A DNA stretch of 64,000 bases from Mobula hypostoma (Eukaryota), in NCBI RefSeq assembly GCF_963921235.1, contig NC_086097.1, positions 2,356,001 through 2,420,000 on the forward strand, given 5' to 3'. The notes under the pieces are model-generated. The model saw only the letters and a program-made list of their open reading frames with translations. It was not told the DNA's origin and searched no databases. Shown here one piece after another: positions 1-12,390 of this stretch (position 1 is its first letter; each line of letters begins with the position of its first letter). Position numbers and translations under genes: made by a program.

Positions 1-2087
1 AGAACCCCGCCCCAGCCTTCCCTCCATACCCACTGACCCCTGTAGCCACAAGGGCCATATCTAACTCCCTCTTAAATATAACCAATGAACTGGCCTCAAC
101 TGTTTCCTGTGGCAGAGAATTCCACAGATTCACCACTCTCTGTGTGAAGAAGTTTTTCCTAATCTCAGTCCTAAAAGGCTTCCTCTTTATCCTCAAACTG
201 TGACCCCTCGTTCTGGACCTCCCCAACATCGGGAACAATCTTCCTGCATCCAGCCTGTCCAATCCCTTTAGGATTTTATACGTTTCAATCAGATCCCCCC
301 TCAATCTTCTAAATTCCAACGAGTACAACCGTAGTTCATCCAGTCTTTCTTCATATGAAAGTCCTGCCATCCCAGGAATCAATCTAGTGAACCTTCTTTG
401 TACTCCCTCTATGGCAAGGATGTCTTTCCTCAGATTAGGGGACCAAAACTGCACACAATACTCCAGGTGTGGTCTCACCAAGGCCTTGTACAACTGCAGT
501 AGTACCTCCCTGCTCCTGTACTCGAATCCTCTCGCTATAAATGCCAGCATACCATTCGCCTTTTTCACCGCCTGCTGTACCTGCATGCCCACTTTCAATG
601 ACTGGTGTATAATGACACCCAGGTCTTGTTGCACCTCCCCTTTTCCTAATCGGCCACCATTCAGATAATAATCTGTTTTCCTATTTTTGCCACCAAAGTG
701 GATAACTTCACATTTATCCACATTAAATTGCATCTGCCATGAATTTGCCCACTCACCCAACCTATCCAAGTCACCCTGCATCCTCTTAGCATCCTCCTCA
801 CAGCTAACACTGCCGCCCAGCTTCGTGTCATCCGCAAACTTGGAGATGCTGCATTTAATTCCCTCATCCAAGTCATTAATATATATTGTAAACAACCTGG
901 GGTCCCAGCACTGAGCCTTGCGGTACCCCACTAGTCACTGCCTGCCATTCTGAAAAGGTCCCGTTTATTCCCACTCTTTGCTTCCTGTCTGCTAACCAAT
1001 TCTCTATCCACATCAATACCTTACCCCCAATACCGTGTGCATTAAATTTGCACACTAATCTCCTGTGTGGGAACTTGTCAAAAGCCTTTTGAAAATCCAA
1101 ATATACCACATCCACTGGTTCTCCCCTATCCACTCTACTAGTTACATCCTCAAAAAATTCTATGAGATTCGTCAGACATGATTTTCCTTTCACAAATCCA
1201 TGCTGACTTTGTCTGATCATTTCACCGCTTTCCAAATGTGCTGTTATCACATCTTTGATAACTGACTCCAACAGTTTCCCCACCACCAACGTTAGGCTAA
1301 CTGGTCTATAATTCCCCGGTTTCTCTCTCCCTCCTTTTTTAAAAAGTGGGGTTACATTAACCACCCTCCAATCCTCAGGAACTAGTCCAGAATCCAATGA
1401 GTTTTGAAAAATTATCACTAATGCATCCACTATTTCTTGGGCTACTTCCTTAAGCGCTCTGGAATGCAGACCATCTGGCCCTGGGGATTTATCTGCCTTT
1501 AATCCCTTCAATTTACCCAACACCACTTCCCTACTAACATGCATTTCGCTCAGTTCCTCCATCTCACTGGACCCTCTGTCCCTTACTATTTCTGGAAGAT
1601 TATTTATGTCCTCTTTAGTGAAGACAGAACCAAAGTAATTATTCAATTGGTCTGCCATGTCCTTGCTCCCCATAATCAATTCACCTGTTTCTGTCTGTAG
1701 GGGACCTACATTTGTCTTTACCAGTCTTTTCCTTTTTACATAGCTATAAAAGCTTTTACAGTCAGTTTTTATGTTCCCTGCCAATTTTCTCTCATAATCT
1801 TTTCTCCCCTTCCTAATTAAGCCCTTTGTCCTCCTCTGCTGGACTCTGAATTTCTCCCAGTCCTCAGGTGAGCCACTTTTTCTGGCTAATTTGTATGCTT
1901 CTTCTTTGGAATTGATACTATCCCTAATTTCTCTTGTCAGCCACGGGTGCACTATCTTCCTTGATTTATTCTTTTGCCAAACTGGGATGAACAATTGTTG
2001 TAGTTCATCTATGCAATCCTTAAATGCTTGCCATTGCATATCCACCAGCAATCCTTTAAGTGTCATTTGCCAGTCTATCTTAGCTAA
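1..2087 (-). mobile_element. Young 5'-truncated CR1 LINE, ORF2 (tether, RT, C-terminus); 3' end runs off the window
   Basis: ORF 876..2174 has KSPGPDG, PLFKKG, NYRPVSLT, QHGF, YLDFQKAFD and GVPQGSVLGP. After a 1-nt frameshift near 897 the frame continues through FADD (827-838) with no stop to position 1. Same family as 55602-56148. Confidence 0.95.
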
Positions 2088-2185
2088 ATTATACATTGTG
2101 ACTATCAAACATTTTCCAAATAATTCTTGAAAGGGATGGATCGTTTCTACTTCCACCCAGCTCTCAGACATCAAGCCAAAAGTCT

Positions 2186-2950
2186 TCTCTTCTTCTTCAG
2201 TTGTCTATCGAAATCCGATGACGATGTCCACTCCTTTAACGGTGAGATCTTCAATGACTATACAGTCCTATCCTGGACCCACAAGCTCTATTGCAGGTGG
2301 GACATGTATATGTGATAGTGGTGGCAACCGTGGCTGCATTTCTTCTGGCTCTCTTCTGCTGTCTTTTGGTTGTTTTTTCCATCTCCAGAATACGAACCCC
2401 GTCCCTACACAGCTGTTGCCAAGTGGTACGGTCAGCAGCAACATCCTCCAGGTCCTCACATCTGATCTTGCACTTCCTTAAAGCATTCTTCATCTGATCC
2501 TTATAGTGCTTCTTCTGCCCTCCAGCTGAGCGTCGACCATGATGTAGCTGGCTGTATAACACTCTGCGGGGTAGCCGACATGGGGGCATCCTTATCACGT
2601 GCCCCAGCCACTGCAGCTGACACTGGGTGATCATGGCCTCAATACTCCTGCAGTTGGTCTTTACAAGTATTTCAGTGTGAAGCACCCGCTCACGCCAGGT
2701 AATTCCCAGGATGCGCTGGAGGCAGCTTATATGGAAGCACTCCAAGGACTTGATGTGATGGCTGTAGGTTACCCAAACTTCACAGCTATAAAGGAGGGTG
2801 GTGACACAGACCGTTTGGTATACGGCGACCTTTGTGGAGGGACGAAGGCTCCTGTTCTAAAAGACTCTACGCCGAAGTCTCCCAAAGGCAGCTTATGCCT
2901 GTTTAATGCAGCTCTGGGTGTTGTTGTCAATGCCGCTATCCTCAGAAGAG
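2186..2950 (-). mobile_element. RTE-clade LINE 3' fragment
   Basis: ORF 2251..2745 has QLQWLGHVIRM, GGQKKHYKD and a C-terminal CPTC..H zinc motif. Upstream frame reads AFGRLRRRVF..TLLYSCEVW. (GAA)n tail at ~2186-2198. Confidence 0.9.
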
Positions 2951-3000
2951 GAGACTTTGGGCTTAATGTCTGAGAGGCTGGGTAGAAGTAGAAATGATCC

Positions 3001-4580
3001 AAAGTAACTATGTTATAAAGGTACATATATGTCACCATATACAACCCTGAAATTCATTTTCTTGTTGGCAGACTCAATAAATCCAATAACCATAAAATAA
3101 TCACTGAAAGACTGCACCTACAGGGTGGACAACCAGTGTGGAAAAAAACAACCAATGTGTGAAAGACAACAAACTGTGCAAATACAAAAAATAAAGGAAA
3201 TAATAATACAAATAAATTACGAATAAATATCGAGACCATGAGATGAAGAGTCTTTGAAACTGAGTCCGTAGGTTGTGGGAATAATTCAATGACGGGGCAA
3301 GTGAAGTTGAGTGAGGTTATCCCCTTTGGTTCAAGAGCCTGATAGTTGAGGGGTAAAAACTGTTTGTGAACTTGGTGGTGCAGGTCCTGAGACTCCTGTA
3401 CCTTTTTCCTGATGGCAGCAGTGAGAAGGGAGTATGGCCTGGGTGGTGGGGGTCTCTGATGATGGATGCTGCTTTCCTGAGACACCATTTCATGTAGATG
3501 TGCTTAGTGAGGGGAGGGCTTTATCAATGGTGGTCTAGCCGTATAAGATTCTTCTTTTTATAAGATATTCCGTTCAAGGGCATTGGTGTTTCCATACCAG
3601 GCTGTGATTCAGCCAGTCAATATACTTTCCCCCATACATCAATAGAAATTTAACAAAGTTTTAGATTTGGCCTGACATCTTTGCAAATGCCTAAGGAAGT
3701 AGAGGTGCTGCCATGCTTTCTTCATAATTGTACTTAACAGCTGGGGCCCAAGACAGTTCCTCTGAAATGATAACACCAAGGAATTTAAAGTTGCGGACCC
3801 TCTCAATCTCTGATCCTCTGATGAGGACTGGCTCATGGACCTTTGGTTTCCTCCTCCTGAAGTCAATAATCAGCTCCTTGGTCTTGCTGACAGTGAGTGA
3901 GAGGTTGTTGTGGCACCATTCAGCCAGATTTTTAATCTCCCTTCTATATGCTGATTCGTCACAAACAAGAGAAAACCTGCAGGCGTTAGAAATCCAAGCA
4001 AACACACAAAATGCTGGAGGAACTCAGCAGGCCAGGCAGCATCTACAGAGAAGAGTACAATCGATGTTTCGGCCCGAGACCCTTTGGCAGGACCCAAAAT
4101 GTCGACTGTTCTCTTTTCCAGAGATGCTGCCTGGCCTGTTGAGTTTCTCCAGATTTTTGTGCGTGTTGCTCATTCATCACCTTTGATTCGGTCTACGACA
4201 GTGGTGTCATCAGCAAACTTGAATATGGCAGTGGAGCTGTGCTTAGCCTCACAGTGATGGAGATCGTGGAGATGTTGTTGCCAGTCTGAACTGACTGAGG
4301 TCTGTAAGTGAGGAAAACCAGGATCCATTTGCACAAAGCGGTGTTGAGGCCAGGATCGATTAGTTCTGAGGCGATGATGGTATCCTGATATACGCACCTT
4401 TCCTGTCTGGATGTATCGCTACTAGATGGTAGTCACTGAGGCAGGTTACCATGTTCTTTAGGCACTGGTAAAATTGAAGCCTGCTTGAAGCATGTAGGTA
4501 CCACCGAATGCCAAAATGAGAGATTAAAGATATCTGTAAACCTTCCAGCCAGTTGATCAGCACAGGTCTTCAGTACTCCA
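3001..4580 (-). mobile_element. Rex1/Babar LINE fragment (RT to 3' UTR), interrupted at ~3963-4167
   Basis: [11 protein letters not shown] (ORF 4170..4397), SKTKELIIDFRR..FKFLGVIISEELSW (ORF 3691..4005), HLYFLRHL; AT-rich 3' UTR shared with other copies in the window. Confidence 0.88.
3963..4167. mobile_element. Penelope pLTR-derived fold-back element with degenerate hammerhead motif
   Basis: Arm ACACACAAAATGCTGGAGGAACTCAGCAGGCCAGGCAGCATCT and its reverse complement. Flanked by imperfect direct repeat GCTGATTCGTCAC (3950-3962) / GCTCATTCATCAC (4168-4180) inside a Rex element. Confidence 0.8.
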
Positions 4581-4748
4581 TCTCAGCCATACACATATTA
4601 AGTGTCATACAGCAAAGAAACAGGCCTCTCAGCCTATCAGCACCCTGCAAACCAATATGCCCACCTAAGCAAGCACCATTTGCCTGTGTTTTACCCATAT
4701 CTCTCTAAACCTTTTCTATCCAAAATCTCAATGATATCTAAATGCTTC

Positions 4749-5660
4749 TGTTGGGTATTTAATATTGGAGTAACATTGTAAATATATTTTTTGATTAAGC
4801 ATTCTCTGTTGCTTACATAATTCATTGCAAGTTATATGTAGAAGTATGTGAATGGCGTACGTCCTCATGCACCCACATCATGGATGCTTGAATCATTAAG
4901 TTTAAATCGAAACTAAGACACACATTCCCAGCTCCATGTTTTTAGAAACATAGAAAACCTGCAGCACAATACAGGCCCTTGGCTCACAAGGCTGTGCCGA
5001 ACATGTCCTTACCATAGAAATTACTCAGGGTTACCCATAGCCCTCTACTTTTCTAAACTCCATGCACCTATCCAGGAGTCTCTTAAAAGACCGTGTCGTA
5101 TCCGCCTCCACCACAGTTGCCGGCAGTCCATTTCACACACTCACCACTCTTGGCATAAAAAAAAAACTTACCCCTGACATCTCCTCTGTAACTATAGTTT
5201 GATTAGTTTCCTGTTTTGAAACTATAAAATGTAACAGTGGTGATGAGGTATTTTAAAATGAACCCAAGACGAATACATACCTGTTAAAGAGCAGATATTC
5301 GACTTAAAGAGAAAGAGTACAACAAAATATTAGAGGTTTTAAAAAAAATCAGCACAGTACGTGTCTCTTTGCAAGGGACTGAGGAAAAACAGTCAACTTT
5401 AAAAAAGACAGAAAATGGACAAGTTAATGTGTATATAAACAGTGAATACCAGGTGATGATAATCATAAATTATAAAAAAGTAGAACCAAAATCATTGTTG
5501 ATAGCAGAATGCTTTAGGTTTCATAAGTGGAATCAAAAGAAACAGATGCCCATTTCATGGCTGAACTGAAGTTAGGCTTAATGATGCACTGAGCAATCAT
5601 TTAGTTTGTGCAATCTTACAAAAAGGCATTCAAAAACTGGCTCCTAACTGAAGCACAAAC
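4749..5660 (+). mobile_element. Gypsy LTR retrotransposon 5' end: LTR (4749-5236, split by a CR1 tail), PBS-like site and gag remnant
   Basis: TG...TAACA, then TGGTGATGAG (5238-5247). Downstream peptides EPKSLLIAECFRFHKWNQK and LLTEAQ resemble Gypsy gag PKPLVIAERFRFHKRNQ. A homologous LTR lies at 19531-19740. Confidence 0.75.
4944..5190 (-). mobile_element. CR1 3' end inserted into the Gypsy LTR
   Basis: TAGAAACATAGAAA tail and body matching 12391-12692 and 60722-61790. Confidence 0.85.
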
Positions 5661-6092
5661 TTGGGTTGTTTTCTCTGGAGAGGCTGAGACTGAGGGAGAT
5701 CTGATGGGGGTTTATAGGATAATGAGAGGCAAAGATAGAGTAGACAGACCGTGTCTTTTTCCCAGGGTTGAAATGTCTAAAACCTGCATGAATTGAAGGT
5801 GAGAGAGGGTAATTTCAAAGGAGATGCAAGGGGCAAGATTTTTTTTTAAAACACAGAGTGGTGGGTGCCTGGAATGCGTTGCTTGGAGTGGTGGGTAGAG
5901 GCAGATACGTCATGGACTTTTAAGGGATGTTTACATTGACACATGAACATGAGGGAAATGGAGGGATATGGGCATTATATAAGCAGAAGGGATTACTTTA
6001 GTTATCCATTTGATTACTAATTCATTCAGCTTGGCACAACACTGTGGGCTGAAGGGCCTGTTTCTGCGCTGTACTGTTCCGTGTTCTGTGTT
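5660..6092 (+). mobile_element. Old CR1 3' fragment
   Basis: GDLMGVYRIMRGKDRVDRPCLFPRVEMSKT and 3' UTR GGGCTGAAGGGCCTGTTTCTGCGCTGTACTGTTC. Confidence 0.8.
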
Positions 6093-6879
6093 CAGCCACC
6101 AACATGAGAGAGTATTTACTGCAGCCAATTAGACCAGCAGGCAGCACAGTGTTTGGCAAGCAGGAGGGGTGCCATGCAGTCAGAGGCAGAAAGGGCAGTG
6201 CCAGAAGTCAGAGTCCAACCCGGCTGCAGCAGCAGTATCGTTGGAAACTCTCAGCCTCTACGGGCTGGGCTGGGCTGGGCTGGGCGGTTGAGTGTGGCCC
6301 AGTGGGGCTGATCTAATGCAGGAGCTGGTGGGGACCTTGGGGCATGGGTATGCATAGTACTTCCCTGAGTCTCTCAGATCGGGCCAGTGGAATTAGAGCC
6401 ATTTCGTTCCTGTGTTTTTATTATAATTGCATTATTTATCTTGTGTTTTTTTTTGTGCTGCATTGGATCTGGAGTAGCAATTATTTTGTTCTCCTTTACA
6501 CTTGTGTACTGGAAATAAAACTAAACAATCTTAAATCTTGAACCTTGGACAATGAGTTTCAAGTTGCTGAGCAATGCACAACAAGGAACCGCTCCACAGG
6601 AAATGGGCCGTGCGCCTAATGTAGCAATTACTTCATGGTCAGGAGGGGGGCTAAGGACAGGAATTGCCCAAACGAAAATTTCAAATCAACCTTCATTGTG
6701 GGGAGAGGCAGGGAGAGGGTACCAATTTTCGACTGCCTAAATACTAAACAAAAAGTTACTAAATTCCGTGGTAGAGCTGTAGTTTCAAGCCATCATAATA
6801 GAGAAAAAAATTGAGTGATGCTGGGTGGATTGGTGAGAGCTAACTGGAATCAGTAAGATTCCAGAATTTGGATAGAAGA

Positions 6880-7255
6880 ATCAGATTTAACATTACTGGT
6901 ATATGTCGTGAAATTTGTTGTTTTGCGATACCAATGCATAATAATAAAAACAATAAATCAGAATAGGTATTGCAAAAAGCAAGCAAAAAAAAGAAAAAAA
7001 ATTAAGTGAGGTAGTGTTCATGGATTCATTGTCCATTCAGAAAGCTGGTGGCAGAGGGGAAGAAACTGTTCCTGAATTGTTGAGCGTCTTCAGGCTCCTG
7101 TACCTCCTCCTTGACAGTAGCAATGAGAAGAGGGCATGTTCTGGGTGATGGGGCCCTAAATGATGGATGCTGTCTTTTTGCACAATCACATTTTGAAGGT
7201 GTCCTCAGTGCTGGGGCGGGGGGGGGGGGGCTCGAGTCCATGATGGAGCTTTCTC
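6880..7255 (-). mobile_element. Rex1/Babar 3' fragment
   Basis: FRNSFFPSATSFLNGQ C-terminus; (CTGATT)-type tail at ~6880. Confidence 0.75.
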
Positions 7256-8119
7256 TGATCCTGTGCAATAATTGCTCCAGACGGACCACAAGTTTTAAGC
7301 TTAGATCCAAAGTTTGGATAATCTTGACTTGAAAATGAACTCAGAGCACATCATCGTGCAGATGAGTAAATACAGAGAGGGCAGGGGTGAACAAAGATCC
7401 CTTCCTGTAATACATAAAATCCATGATTTTAACAAATCACATTCTTTCAGACTAATTCAAACTCAGCTGTCTTAATAAACAGCATTATAATCAACACATA
7501 GGTAAAGGCCAAAACTTTATCTTTGTTCTAAATAGCTCAGAATCCCATTTACTACTACTGACAGATGACGCAAAATTTGTGTTTGGAAAGAGGGCAACCC
7601 CATTTATTATTCCTTGAAAGGGAAGATGCTTTGCACAATGTTCATTACAAAAATTATATATTTAAAACCACAATAACCACACTTACGTCGATCTTGAACC
7701 AACCTCGTAATTACGACACAGTTCAAACGCTCTCCTTTTTCGGAAGCAGTTTACACAGTAGGTGTTGCCAAGTCTACTTCGTGGAAAAACTGGTTGTCAA
7801 AAAAAAACTAGATGTCCAACTGAAAGTCAACACACACAAACGTGACAAAAAGCTATTGTTCTTCTTCAAAGGAAGTTAAATATTCACAGGCGCGTTCATG
7901 TCCCATTAAAACTCGTGATGCTCTGCATCATGAGGGAAGGGAGAAAGCAGTTCTGGCTGACGACTGGAATTTGAAAGTGGCTCATTCTTCAGTAAATGTC
8001 ACAATATCACCAGAACAGATGAGGAAGGGCAGTGGGCAAAATAAACCAACCCACCAAACCTGTTGTGACGAGACCCACAGCTCAATTCTTTTGTCACAGT
8101 CTTTGTAAACATTGGGCTA

Positions 8120-8690
8120 GTTCAAGGTTCAAGACTGTTTAATGCCATTTCCTGTACACAAGTGTAAAGGAGAAAAAAATTGTTACTCCAAATACAAAGC
8201 AGCAAAAATAAACAAAATAAGATAAAGAACACAAAAATAAATGTAGCACAATAAGTATAAATACATAAGATAGTTTATATACATATATTGATTGTACCTT
8301 CATAACTGACACTAGACACAGGAGCGTCTGACAGAAGGTGATAAAGTAGTGGTGGTTGGGGCTGTGGAGGGGTGGGTTAGTGGGTGGAGGTGTTGATTGG
8401 CCTCACTGCTTGGGGAAAGTAAGTGTTTTTGAGTCTGGTGGTCCTGCCAAGGATGCCAGGAAGCCTCCTCTCTGATGGGACTGGGACAAACAGCCCATGA
8501 GCAGAACGGGTGGGATCCTTCATGATGCAACTGGCTCCTTTCTCATAACATGTCCATGACACTGTATAGCTGGGTGCAGGTGATATGCTAGACAGTTTCA
8601 GTTACCCGTTGCAGAGCCTTCCTGTCCGCCACAGTGCAGTTTCCATCCCATGCAGTGATGCAGCTCGTCAGGATGCTCTCTAGTGTGCAT
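8120..8690 (-). mobile_element. Rex1/Babar 3' fragment
   Basis: IMKDPTRSAHGLFVPVPSERR..RTTRLKNTYFPQAVR. Same subfamily as 20290-20735. Confidence 0.8.
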
Positions 8691-9529
8691 CAGGAATAAA
8701 TCTTGAACAGGCTTTTATCTGATTGTGTTTATGGTACCTTCCCAGAACACCAGTGCTCTAGAACACTACTTTTAGAAGGCCTTTCCATTCGAGGACATTG
8801 GCATTTCCACGCCACACCATGATGCAACCAGTCAGTATATTCTCCACCAGATATCTATGGAAGTTTGTTAAAGTTTTAGATGGCATGCTGAATCTTTGCA
8901 AACTTGTAAGAAAGTAGAGGTGCTGATGTGTCTTCTTAGTAACGGCACTTATACGCTGGACCTAGGACCCAGGACTTCACACAACATCTGAACAATTTCA
9001 GATTTTCTTTCACAAAATCTATGATGAAATGTTTTTAGTTCAGACCCTTGAAATGCAATCGTGGGAAAGGTAAACATCTTTGCCCACGTAGCCTTTGCAA
9101 TGACAGCACCAGGATCTAGAATGGAACGTAGAACAGAACAGGGCCTTTAGACCACAATATGGTGCTCAACCAAATCAATCAAGAATCAAAGTAGCCAACC
9201 AAACTAGTCCTTCCTGCCTACACAATGTCTATATCCTTCCATTTTCCTCGCATTCATGTGCGTATCTAAATAGCAAGGGCGCTTCTCACCATTACCCAAG
9301 CAAATTCATAGTGCTTCTTTGAAAGCCCTGGTGTTCTGTCAAATAATTTTAACAACTTTCCACCAAAGACTCTTCCTCGGCATCCACCATCTAATTTTCT
9401 CCACAGGCTGTCAGGCTGCTGCACGCACAGCACAGCCTGATCTATGGTTACAAACGACTCTCCGCACAAACTTTCCTTGAAGGAACAGATGACATAGTTA
9501 GGTCTAGCTTAAATAAGCTTTCATGGAAT

Positions 9530-9945
9530 TGTTTGCAAAAAGTAGTGGGTATGGCCCAGTCCATCACAGGTAAAGCCCACCCCACTACTGAGCACATCCA
9601 TAAGGAGCACTGTGGCAGAAAATCAAGACCCCCAACCTTCGGGCTGCTTCCATCAGCAGGGGGGTACAGGAGCCTCAGGACCCACACCACCAGGTTCAGG
9701 AAGCACTATTACCCCTCAACCATCAGGCTTCTGAACAAAAGGGGATAACTTCACTCATACCACAACCCATCGACTCTTTTTCAAAGACTGTACAGCTCAA
9801 GTTCTCAATACTTATGACTTATTTGTATTGTTCTGTTTTGTTCTTTTCCTTTTGTATTTGCACATTGGTTGTCCAAGAGAAAGTGAATCTCAGGAACGTA
9901 TATGGTGACATATACGGTATGTAATGTTGATAGTCATTTTGAAGT
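9530..9945 (+). mobile_element. Rex1/Babar 3' fragment
   Basis: QKVVGMAQSITG..YRSLRTHTTRFRKHYYPSTIRLLN. Confidence 0.8.
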
Positions 9946-9949
9946 CAGA

Positions 9950-10380
9950 GAAAAGAACAGCACAAAAACAGGCCCTTGAGCCCAACTAGTCCATGCTGAA
10001 CCATTTCAACTGCCTACTCCCATTGACCTGCACCGAAACCATAGACCTCCATACCCCGATCAACCACGTACCTATCCAATCTTCTCTTGAACATTAAAAT
10101 CGAGCTTGCATGCACCATTTGCACTGGCAGTTCGCTCCATACTCTCTCAATCCTCTGAGTGAAGTTTCCCCTTATGTTTCCCTTAAACTTTTCACCTTTC
10201 ACTCTTAAGCCATGACTTCTGGTTGTAGTCCCACCCAACCTCAGTGGAAAAAGCCTGATTGCATTTACCTTATCAATGCCCCTCACAATCTTGTACACAT
10301 CTCCCCTCAATCTTCTACATTCCAAGGAATACAGTCCTAACCTATACAATCTTTCCTTCCTGGCAAATTCTTGTAAATTT
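9950..10380 (-). mobile_element. CR1 3' fragment
   Basis: ORF 10014..10349 RLGLYSLECRRLRGD..HGLRVKGEKFKGNIRGNFTQR. Confidence 0.85.
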
Positions 10381-12390
10381 ACTTTAAACTTTGAATATAG
10401 TCGGATGGATCCTTTGCAACACTAGGAACAGAGAAAAACTATGTGTGCAAATTGCAAACACAAGGGTTGACATGGCTGTACATAACAGAAGCCATCAGGT
10501 CACTTCGGATGCACTCTTTCCCAGGATATCTGAACTTCCCAGTGCTGAGGACACAAATCATTTCCAATCTGCAGATAAAATGGATTACAGTTCAGGTGAC
10601 CATTGCACAGCAGGAGACTGGTGCAGGATACACCTGTATCATGTAGCACATTACCAAGAACACCACTCATCTCATGCCCAGATACTTTTCTGGGATCCAG
10701 AGGGATTGTTGCTTCCAGACTCAGAATTTATGCTTCTGTTTCTGATACAGGCTTTGGTTCTTCCAAACCATATCACCATAACTTTCAGGTGACCAGACCT
10801 GACAGTGGATCAGCTGGAGAAATTGCCAAAGACACAGGTAGATAAGGAGGTATCCATCAGTAACAACCCTCACCATCTGGGACACATGTCTTATGATCTT
10901 AGATCTCTAGCATTTTGTCCTTAGCCTTCTATACTTCGGTAATTAAGTGTTGATCTAGATTCTTCCTAAAACCTATGAGTGTCTCTGACACCCCCACCAA
11001 GCAGTGCTTCCCAGGTTCCTACAACCATCTGGGTCATTGTCACAGAAATATGTCCTTTGGCCACCATATCCATGGCAACCTGTTAGCTGCCCATCTGCTG
11101 TATTACAGCCGTATCCCTCGATGTCTGGTGCCAGTCTAAATGCCCCCTTGAACGTAGAGAACATATCTGATTCCACCAGCTCCTCTAGTTGCAAGTCTGC
11201 AGATGTCAGCACTCTCTGGAAGAAGTCAACCACTAAGGATCAGGGAGAGACATCTGAATTCTAGGCGTGACATAAGGAGTAAATAGATTCATGTATGCAT
11301 GGAAACAAATCCATTAATCCGAAGTACAGGTGCAAAAAAGGCAGTTACAGGAAGTAATTAAATAGGCCGTTGGAAAACTGATGCAAGAAAACTGGAATGT
11401 GAGGAAGTACTCCATTTATTTTCCACAGTCACACCCAGCATCAAATGGACTTTCATTTCCCAACCACAGGATTCCTGAAATGCCACGAGTTCCTGTGCAA
11501 TATTACTTCCCTTTTGCTCTCCTTGAGGAACAACTGAGAAAAAAAGCACGCTCTGAAGCTGTAGCATCTGCTGCGAAGGAAGCCCCAGCAGGGCTTTGCA
11601 TTAACAGAGTCCCCATTTTTCCATGGGAAACTTCAGCTTCCTGTGGTGCTGCCTGACAACCACAGAAACATCAGGAGTCTTTCAGGACTAGGTTTCTAAA
11701 GCACAAACTGGGCCGATTACAGCTAACAGCACCTTATTGGAATATTTGACACCTGCAATAAAATATCTTAATTTTTCTTCATTGCCGAGGACAGGGCTCT
11801 GGTCTGTCCGGTGCTTCACATATGACAAAACACGAGAACACGCTAATGGTGTTGAAACCAGCAGCTTGACTGGGCATTCGTCTGGATCCAAAAGGTTGGG
11901 TGATTTTCCCACTGATTGCTCATACTTTAAACTTTAAACTATACAAATTGATTTTGCTGCTTTCGAGCTTCAAATTTTGGTGTTGGAAAATTAACTAGTC
12001 CCTTTGTTCTATTGTTGGAACTTCCTGCTCTTTTCACCATGACCTCAAGAGGACAGCTGTCTTCACAGGGCCACTGGTTTTAAATAGAACATGTGTACAA
12101 ATAAGGTACAAAGAAAACAAATGGTTTTACCATCGAAACTTTCAGAAATATTTGCTGCTTTTGGGTGGATTTCAACGGCGTAGGTAATGGCATCAGAGAA
12201 AGGCAAGAATACAGCTAAAAAAGAGCAAAGTTTTTGCCCCATCAAGAAGGTGAGCAGCACTATCAAGGAGGGGGCTGAGCAGCATACACAGAAGATCGAC
12301 TGCTGCTCCTCACCAGTGACCCTGACTCAACTCCGACCTCCGGCAATGTTGTTGCGCAGTTTGCAAGTTCTCCCCGTGATCACTGGCGTT

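Noticed and set aside
876..2174. Standalone RT gene, retron or DGR-like system
   Set aside because: It is a 5'-truncated CR1 ORF2. The first ~30 residues come from unrelated flank, and no accessory genes or template repeat are present.
6261..6286. (GGGCT)n as an immunoglobulin switch-like region
   Set aside because: Only about four units; a simple short repeat.
10391..10845. Overlapping ORFs of 67-133 aa
   Set aside because: No homology recognised and no strong splice context; lengths fit chance.
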